Positions 1 to 5,859 of a DNA stretch of 14,304 nt are shown here, piece by piece. Under the pieces are notes generated by a model. It worked only from the letters and a program-made list of their open reading frames with translations. It searched no databases and was not told where the DNA came from. This DNA comes from Chthoniobacteraceae bacterium (GTDB lineage Bacteria > Verrucomicrobiota > Verrucomicrobiia > Chthoniobacterales > Chthoniobacteraceae): contig JANNXQ010000020.1 of assembly GCA_031409655.1 (NCBI GenBank), positions 1-14,304 on the forward strand, read 5' to 3'. Every line of letters starts with the position of its first letter. The first letter of the stretch is position 1. Position numbers and translations under genes: made by a program.

Positions 1-206
1 GAATCAGAAAATACAGACCCGCTAGCTAGTCATCGTAAGATTGACTGGCTTGACAGTTACTCCGTGAGCTGCCACCGTTTGTGCGGTTACTAACTCACAG
101 GCGTCTCCGCTAGGGACTTATCTGGATTGGTGACCGATTGCGGCGCCGGCCGCTATGCAGTTAGCGCTCCGCGTTTGCAGGAGCGCGCTGCCGCGCCGAG
201 CGTTCC

Positions 207-242
207 GCCCCGTCGTCAGTTTGCGCTGACGGCGGGGTTTTT
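207..242 (+). terminator. Rho-independent terminator-like hairpin
   Basis: Stem CCCCGTCGTCAG (208-219), loop TTTGCG, CTGACGGCGGGG (226-237) with one G-U pair, followed by TTTTT (238-242). Confidence 0.65.
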
Positions 243-346
243 ATCGCCCACGTTGTGGTTCAAATGTGTTGGTCGATCAGTTTGGTTGCTTTGGTTTTGC
301 GGCCATCGGGCCGCGGTTTGAAAAGTGGTGAATCACCCGGAAACGA

Positions 347-380
347 AGAACCCTGCTCGCTTTGCGGCGGGCAGGGTTCT
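347..380. terminator. 14-bp hairpin, possible terminator of the minus-strand lysis operon
   Basis: AGAACCCTGCTCGC / loop TTTGCG / GCGGGCAGGGTTCT. On the minus strand it is followed by TCGTTT, about 290 nt downstream of the endolysin stop. Confidence 0.45.
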
Positions 381-669
381 CGAAATTTCGATGATCTGTG
401 TGAGATCTTGAACTACCTGCCTGCCTCCTTGGTAAAGTCTTCGCCTGCGTAACTCGGCCGCGTATTTCTTACGTCGGTGCCGAGCCCCATACCGGGTTTG
501 CCAATACGCAGGGACATACCCGCGCAACGCAACCAGGCGGTCGCTTGCGAATGTAATTGGGATGTCTGGAATGACTTCATTGGTAGTGAATATAACGCTC
601 AATAGGCCCGCGAACTTAGACAGTCAACAACGAACTTTGGATATTTCGAGTTATGTCTATGACCGCCGA

Positions 670-1272
670 CTATGCCACGAACACCGCAGCTCCTTGTGAG
701 TTGCGCCGACGCAGTTCCGCGAGCATGTCGCGCTCACTCAGCTCACGCGCCCACGCGGGCCGGAGTTGGAAGTGCGGCTCGTCCTGGATCGTCTTCCAGT
801 TGCCGCCCCATTCGAGGCCGAGCTTCATGCCGAGCGCGCCCACGGCTTTGTAGGCCGGGGATTCGTCGAGGTAACGACCGCCCTCGAAAACGCCGATGTC
901 GAACGCGATGCCGAAGTTGTGATTCGAATAGCCGCCGCGCGCGTTGGTGACGATGCGCCCGGCTTTCGCGCGACCCTGCTCGTAGAGGGCGTTCTGCTCA
1001 TCGTAGCTGCGCGTGCCGCTGATGATCTTGATGGCGATGCCGATAGCGGCGGCGCTTTCGATGAGCGCACGCGCGAGCGGCTGAACCTGCGGCAGCAACG
1101 TGCCGATGGTTCGCTCGCTGCGCTCATCGGCGAGCGTCGTGGGAGCAGACGGAACGGGAGGCTCGCCGACAAGCGAGCGGTAGATGGAATTCCACGTTTG
1201 CGGCCCGGGATTGCCGTCCACGGTGACGCCGAGCTTCGCCTGCACCGCGCGGATGGTGGCATCGAGTGTCAT
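670..1272 (-). CDS. M15-family (L-Ala-D-Glu-type) peptidase endolysin, 200 aa, with a short N-terminal peptidoglycan-binding-like segment
   Basis: Motifs SNHNFGIAFD (SxHxxGxAxD), EWGGNW and DEPHFQL; N-terminal VQAKLGVTVDGNPGPQTW. The start is re-called to ATG 1272 (GGAGG at 1283-1287, ATGA overlap with the upstream stop) instead of 1590. Confidence 0.9.
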   Translation of the reverse strand: MTLDATIRAVQAKLGVTVDGNPGPQTWNSIYRSLVGEPPVPSAPTTLADERSERTIGTLLPQVQPLARALIESAAAIGIAIKIISGTRSYDEQNALYEQGRAKAGRIVTNARGGYSNHNFGIAFDIGVFEGGRYLDESPAYKAVGALGMKLGLEWGGNWKTIQDEPHFQLRPAWARELSERDMLAELRRRNSQGAAVFVA

Positions 1273-1448
1273 TTCGCGTAGCCCTCCTTTTTCGGCAGCG
1301 CGAACTCGACGGCACCTCCGCCGTATTTCGGATTCTGATACTCGACGCGCACGAGCGAGCCGCAGCCGCTGAGCAGCCAGGCCAGCATCACGACGGCGAG
1401 GAAACCGAGGATGAGTTTGAGGGGATAAAGAAAAGAGTCCTGCTTCAT
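1269..1448 (-). CDS. 59-aa predicted lipoprotein in the lysis cassette (not in ORF track)
   Basis: MKQDSFLYPLKLILGFLAVVMLAWLLSGCGSLVRVEYQNPKYGGGAVEFALPKKEGYAK*. Hydrophobic stretch plus LSG/C lipobox. ATGA overlaps with both the terminase stop and the endolysin start. Confidence 0.8.
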   Translation of the reverse strand: MKQDSFLYPLKLILGFLAVVMLAWLLSGCGSLVRVEYQNPKYGGGAVEFALPKKEGYAK

Positions 1449-3274
1449 GCCGGCTCCGCCGCGTCAACCGCTGCGTCCTCGCCCGGCGGTTCTGCGGGCA
1501 CGACGGCCTCGCGTCCGATGAGCTTGAGCATCGTCGCCGCCGCGGCCTGCATCGCCTCGCAGTCGAGGTAGTGGTTCGGTCGCTTTCCAACTTGTCTCCA
1601 GAGCCACTTGCCGCCGTCCTTCACTCGCTGCTCGTTTTCCATTTGCGCGAGATAATCGTCGTCGATGTCGTCGGGAACTTCCCACGTTGCGCCGCGCTCC
1701 GGGTCTTGATTGCGCCGCAGCCTGGCCAGCGCGTTCTTGCAGCCGGGATTTGCGAAATAGAACGTCGAACAGGGCTGGTTGTGGCCGAGCACGACTTTGC
1801 GGCGGGGCGAATAGAAGCGCTGCACGCTGCGACCGGACTTGGTCTTGTGAACGAAGGTGGGCCGGCGATAACCCATCAGCACCGTCCAGCCGCGCCTGGT
1901 GCATTCGCGATACACATCGTAGGTCGCGTAACCGGCATCCACGAAGACCAGGCTGAAGTGGATGCCGAAGCGTTCCTACAGCGCCTCCACGTCGTCGAAG
2001 GTCAGCAGCCGCTCGAACCACACGAGCCGCGACGAACCATTGGCGCTCCAGGGACGGATCAGCGCCCAGAGGTGATCCATCTGACAGTCCACGGTGAGGA
2101 TCCGGAGCGGCACGGCGATATCGCCCGGCTCGAAAGGGGCGGCCACGATCTGGCCGCGTGCATTCACGCCAGCCTCGTCCTCCCACATCTCGCCCTTGCG
2201 GTAGCCGCCGCGCGTGATCTCCAGCTTGTAGTCCTCCTCATATTCGCGCCATGGCTGGGCCAAGCGTTTCTGGTGAAATTGTTTGAGCGCGCTGATGTCG
2301 CCGCGCCGGGCAATGGCCTTCGCCCGCAGATAAAGCTCCGCGAGCGTGCCCCAGCTCATCGTGCTCAGGCTGTTCCAATGGAAGCCCACGTTCTCCTTCG
2401 CCGCACGCTGGTCTTGCGCGACGAAACAGCCGGTGGCGTTCAGCTCCCGCCGGGTGCGGTCGGAATCCTCGAAGTAGAAATTGCACGACACGCAGCGCAT
2501 CGCCGCCGTGCGCCTCACCTCGGCGAAGTCCCATTCGCCGTTTTCATCGCGGGCCGATTTGGACCATTCGATCTGCTCCCAACTCCACGGCTGCCGCGTC
2601 CGGCAATGCGGACACTCGAAGGTCCACTCGCGCATGTTGGTCGTCTGGAACTTGCGATCGAAGTCATCGCCCTCCTCGCCGCCCTGGCTCATCAACACGC
2701 ATTTTCCCAGCCAGCCGAAGGCGGTCACGCGCGCCTCGGCCTCGGCCATGTGGCCCGGCGGGTATGCCCAGCATTCGTCGGCGAAGATCCAGCGGATGGA
2801 GCGGCGCTGAAGGTTCGTTTTGTTGTGCGCGCCGAGCACCCAGAGGGTCATGCCGTTGGCGCAATGAATGGTGGCCGTGCGTTTCTTGTGGCGATCGCGG
2901 GGGAACAGCGCGGAGACCGGCGCGCACTCCTCGAAGAGCTTGTGGAGGCGCGACTCGGCCTGATCCCTCGCGTCATCGTCCGTCTCGTTGAGCCACAGGG
3001 TCGGGCCGGGCAGATTGGCGATGACGTAGCAGAGGGCCAGCTCCGCCGCCGTGGTCTTGGAGGATTGCACCGAGGCGAGGAGGCAGACCTGCCGCACCGC
3101 GGGATCGACGATGGCTTCCAGCGGCTCGCGGATGTGCGGCGAGTTCTCGATCCGGAAGCGGCCCGGCACCGGCGAGTAGGGGATCGCCGCGATGTGACGG
3201 TGCGCCCACAGCCACGGCGGCGAGGGATCCGGTGGGCGCCAGGCGTCGCGCCAAATGCCATGGATGGCGTCCAT
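1445..3274 (-). pseudogene. Phage terminase large subunit, GpA (lambda-like) family, with in-frame TAG at codon 433 (1976-1978)
   Basis: ORFs 1976..3274 and 1445..1942 share a frame (DVEAL*ERFGIHFSLVFVDAGY). Walker A-like ASVQSSKT, Walker B IFADE, CPHC/CVSC, GFHWNSL, nuclease motifs TVDCQ, VDAGY and NHYLDCE. Confidence 0.88.
1449..1467 (-). promoter_or_regulatory. TTGAC-N14-ATG motif, copy 1 (before lipoprotein gene)
   Basis: Minus strand reads TTGAC GCGGCGGAGCCGGC ATG, inside the 3' end of the terminase gene. Confidence 0.55.
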
Positions 3275-3293
3275 GCACCTGGCGGTGCGTCAA
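3275..3293 (-). promoter_or_regulatory. TTGAC-N14-ATG motif, copy 2 (before terminase)
   Basis: Minus strand reads TTGAC GCACCGCCAGGTGC ATG. Confidence 0.55.
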
Positions 3294-3310
3294 CCCCTCC
3301 AACCCCTCAC

Positions 3311-3328
3311 GTTCATTGCGCAATGAAC
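3311..3328. promoter_or_regulatory. Perfect 18-bp palindrome, putative protein-binding site
   Basis: GTTCATTGCGCAATGAAC is its own reverse complement and lies between the HTH and terminase genes. Confidence 0.5.
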
Positions 3329-3369
3329 CTCGGGCCGCCCGAGCTACCGCTTCTTGCGACGCTGCGCCT

Positions 3370-3567
3370 TCACCTTCGCCGTGGCCCTGGTTCCTGGATG
3401 ACCTTCAGCATCGCTGCCAGGCCAAATCCCTGCGGGATCGCACGCTCCTGCTCCCAGTTTTCCAGCGAGCGTCGTGACACACCCAGCCGGTCTGCCGCTT
3501 CCTGCTGCGTGTAGTTGTTTTGCTCACGCCAGGCGACGAGTGTCTTCGCGAACTGCTGGTGCGTCAT
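3370..3567 (-). CDS. XRE/Cro-family helix-turn-helix regulator, 65 aa
   Basis: WREQNNYTQQEAADRLGVSRRSLENWEQERAIP matches the HTH_3 pattern. Confidence 0.9.
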   Translation of the reverse strand: MTHQQFAKTLVAWREQNNYTQQEAADRLGVSRRSLENWEQERAIPQGFGLAAMLKVIQEPGPRRR

Positions 3568-3575
3568 GAGCGCCG

Positions 3576-3604
3576 AGTGTCCGCAGGTTGCGGAGCCCGG
3601 TCAA
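3576..3604 (-). promoter_or_regulatory. Sigma70-like, probably leaderless promoter of the HTH gene with a palindromic operator
   Basis: Minus strand TTGACC-N17-GACACT-N8-ATG. The palindrome TCCGCA-N3-TGCGGA (3580-3594) overlaps the spacer and -10. Confidence 0.5.
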
Positions 3605-3615
3605 GGCGGTGCGCT

Positions 3616-3634
3616 TTGACAGCACCTGCCGTGT
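3616..3634 (+). promoter_or_regulatory. TTGAC-N14-GTG motif, copy 3 (before ParB-N gene)
   Basis: Plus strand reads TTGAC AGCACCTGCCGTGT GTG. Confidence 0.55.
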
Positions 3635-4438
3635 GTGAAGATCCACAGCGCCCACAATGCCCTCGTCGATCCGGCAACGCTCAAGCCGAACCCGGTCAAT
3701 CCGAACCGGCACAGCGCGCATCAGATTCAGCTTCTGGCATCCATCATTCAGGAGCAGGGTTGGCGCGGGCTAATCACGGTAAGCAAACGCAGCGGCCTGA
3801 TCGTGCGTGGCCACGGCCGCCCCGAGGCCGCGTTGCTCATGGGCGCGGAGAAGGTGCCGGTGGATTATCAGGACTACGCGAGCGACGCCGAGGAGCTGGC
3901 AGACTTGCTCGCTGACAACCGCCTCTCCGAACTCGCGGAGCTTGATGAGGACGACCTCAAGCGCGTGATCGAATCCATTCGAGCGAGCGACCCCAGCTTC
4001 GGCGTGGAACTCACCGGATTCATGGAGGATGAAATTGCGCGCCTCTACGATGAGCAGCCGGAGGACGACGTGGAAACCCTGCCGCGCATGGAGATTCAGG
4101 CGTTCGAGCACCACGACTACCTCGTTTTCATGTTTCACGACCTTCGCGACTGGATGCTCGCGCTCCAGCTCTTCGGCGTCCGCGAAGTGGATTTCTCAAT
4201 CACCCGCAAAACCAAAAACATCGGCATTGGCCGTGTGCTTCATGGAAAACGAATCCTCGACCTCGCCCGCCGTGCTGCCGCCGGCGGAAATCAACCTGCT
4301 CTCCCTGAAGGACTGGCCGGAACTGGCTCCGCTGAGCCTGCGCCTGGTGATCATGTCCCGGAGCCGTCCGCGGGCGATCACCAGCCACCGCCTGTTCCCG
4401 ACAGCGACGCTCGTCGTTCCCGAAAGCGAGCTGGCTGA
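3635..4438 (+). CDS. Phage ParB/Srx N-terminal domain protein, 267 aa
   Basis: LKPNPVNPNRH...LLASIIQEQGW...IVRGHGR...LLADNRLSELAE...ELTGF, typical of terminase-adjacent phage ParB-like proteins. The low-complexity tail overlaps the next gene. Confidence 0.85.
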   Translation: MKIHSAHNALVDPATLKPNPVNPNRHSAHQIQLLASIIQEQGWRGLITVSKRSGLIVRGHGRPEAALLMGAEKVPVDYQDYASDAEELADLLADNRLSELAELDEDDLKRVIESIRASDPSFGVELTGFMEDEIARLYDEQPEDDVETLPRMEIQAFEHHDYLVFMFHDLRDWMLALQLFGVREVDFSITRKTKNIGIGRVLHGKRILDLARRAAAGGNQPALPEGLAGTGSAEPAPGDHVPEPSAGDHQPPPVPDSDARRSRKRAG

Positions 4439-5072
4439 TTACGCGCACGTCCCGCTGGAGAAGGTCACGATCTCCGATGAAGTGACCGGCGTCAGTCCGG
4501 TGCGAAACTGGATTCTGCGGCACTTCACCGACGACGCCATTGTGATGCTCGACGACGACATCACGGCCTGCGTCTGCATGGTGTCGCTCCGCTGCCGCAA
4601 GCTCTCGACCGATGAGACGTTCGCCATGCTCGAAAACAGCGTCTACGGAGCACGCGGCGCCGGAGCTCGATTGTTTGGCTGGCACCAGCGCAGCGATCCG
4701 CGCCTGCTTCAACGCAATGATCCGTTCGGCGTTCACCATTGGGTCGGCGGCGCCGTGGGCGTCGTGCGCGATACGAATGGCGGAGTTCCAAAGTGGGATG
4801 AACTGCTCAAGTGCAAGTGCGACATCGACGCCACACTCGAAGAGTTGATGGCGAATCGTCTGGTCTGGAAGGAGGCCCGGTTCTGCTTCGTGCAGGAGCG
4901 GGACAAGAAGCTCGGCGGCAATTCACTTTTTCGCTCTGCCGAGCGCATCGCGGCCGAGAAGCGTTACCTCAAGCGGAAGTGGAAAGCCCACGTCCGGTTC
5001 GAGAGCTATCAAAGTCAGGACAAGACCGCGATTGATGTCCCGCGACGCCAGTCCTTCAGCCTCGATGCGTAG
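4242..5072 (+). CDS. GT-A fold glycosyltransferase, GREB1-related / TET-associated (TAGT-like), about 276 aa
   Basis: LVIMSRSR, RNWIL, VMLDDD (DxD), CDIDATL, GGNS and YLKRKW motifs. Start inferred at ATG 4242, same frame as track ORF 4029..5072. Confidence 0.7.
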   Translation: MENESSTSPAVLPPAEINLLSLKDWPELAPLSLRLVIMSRSRPRAITSHRLFPTATLVVPESELADYAHVPLEKVTISDEVTGVSPVRNWILRHFTDDAIVMLDDDITACVCMVSLRCRKLSTDETFAMLENSVYGARGAGARLFGWHQRSDPRLLQRNDPFGVHHWVGGAVGVVRDTNGGVPKWDELLKCKCDIDATLEELMANRLVWKEARFCFVQERDKKLGGNSLFRSAERIAAEKRYLKRKWKAHVRFESYQSQDKTAIDVPRRQSFSLDA

Positions 5073-5228
5073 CGCGATGCAAATGGAGCCATTCAGCGTT
5101 GGACTACACGCGGCCCGGACGACGAGGAGGAAGGAATGCCTTCATCACCACCGTCTGACCGCTCGCGGCACCCCTCAACACCCCCCTTTCTTTTTGGCCT
5201 CACGTTTTTGGCGAACGACCATCAAGAC

Positions 5229-5777
5229 ATGTGATTTCTAACTAAACGCGGCTATGAGTTTGGTGAGGTTTCCTCGGCGATGCAAAAGGCCATCCGCCGT
5301 GGAGACACTCGCCTTGCGGGTTATTGGGCGCTGGAACTCTGGGCCAGCGGTTACGGCAACTATGTCTGGAAGCGGTTGCTCACCGTGAGTGCCGAAGATT
5401 GCTGGGGAATTCTGACTCAGGAGGTAAAGGCGCTCCATGATGGTTACGCGCTCGTGAACGCCAACGTGCCCGCGAAGCAAGCCAAGGGCCGCATCTTCAT
5501 CAGCAAGGCCGTGATTCTCCTGTGCGCGGCTAAGAAGAACCGGGACGCCGATCATTTGCAGAACTTCGTCTATGACCAGTGCGCTGGGCTGGACGCTGAT
5601 AAACTCGCTGCCGAATTGGAGAAAGCCGGGCGTGAGAAAATTCCCGACTACGCCTTTGACTGCCACACACAAAAGGGTCGCAGAATGGGCAAGACCAAGG
5701 CCGAGTTTTTCCGCGATGAGCAGGCTGCACTTGAGCCCTTCCAGCCCGGTCTCTTCGATGACCTGATCGACGGTTGA
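5229..5777 (+). pseudogene. Stand-alone RarA/MgsA C-terminal-like protein with in-frame TGA at 5232-5234
   Basis: ATG TGA TTT CTA ACT AAA CGC GGC TAT is in frame with 5280..5777 (M*FLTKRGYEFGEVSSAMQKAIRRGD...YW...WKRLLTVSAED), resembling the MgsA_C pattern SAxxKSIRG...YW...RRL...SED. No Walker motifs. A further in-frame ATG lies at 5136, and restart at 5280 is possible. Confidence 0.65.
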
Positions 5778-5859
5778 GGCTCACGGAGCGGAAATCAATT
5801 CTTTCGAATCCGCGTTGGTCGCGGGTTAGCGACACTGTACCGCCGCGGGCATTCGGTGC

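Noticed and set aside
88..166. Integron attC-like site (CTAAC...GTTAG)
   Set aside because: The intervening sequence lacks attC-type dyad symmetry, and no integrase or cassette array is present.
333..602. 89-aa minus-strand ORF
   Set aside because: TTG start, no clear RBS, no recognisable motif, and it runs through a strong hairpin.
1273..1590. N-terminal extension of the endolysin given in the ORF track
   Set aside because: Arg-rich non-protein-like sequence overlapping the lipoprotein and terminase genes. ATG 1272 has an RBS and a coupling overlap.
1976..1978. Amber (TAG) stop-codon reassignment in the phage
   Set aside because: The interrupting stops are of all three types, and TAG serves as the normal terminator of the endolysin (670-672) and glycosyltransferase (5070-5072) genes.
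1571..3514. 647-aa plus-strand ORF and the many other overlapping ORFs in the track
   Set aside because: These are antisense or alternative-frame shadows of motif-bearing genes, expected in GC-rich DNA, with no recognisable motifs.
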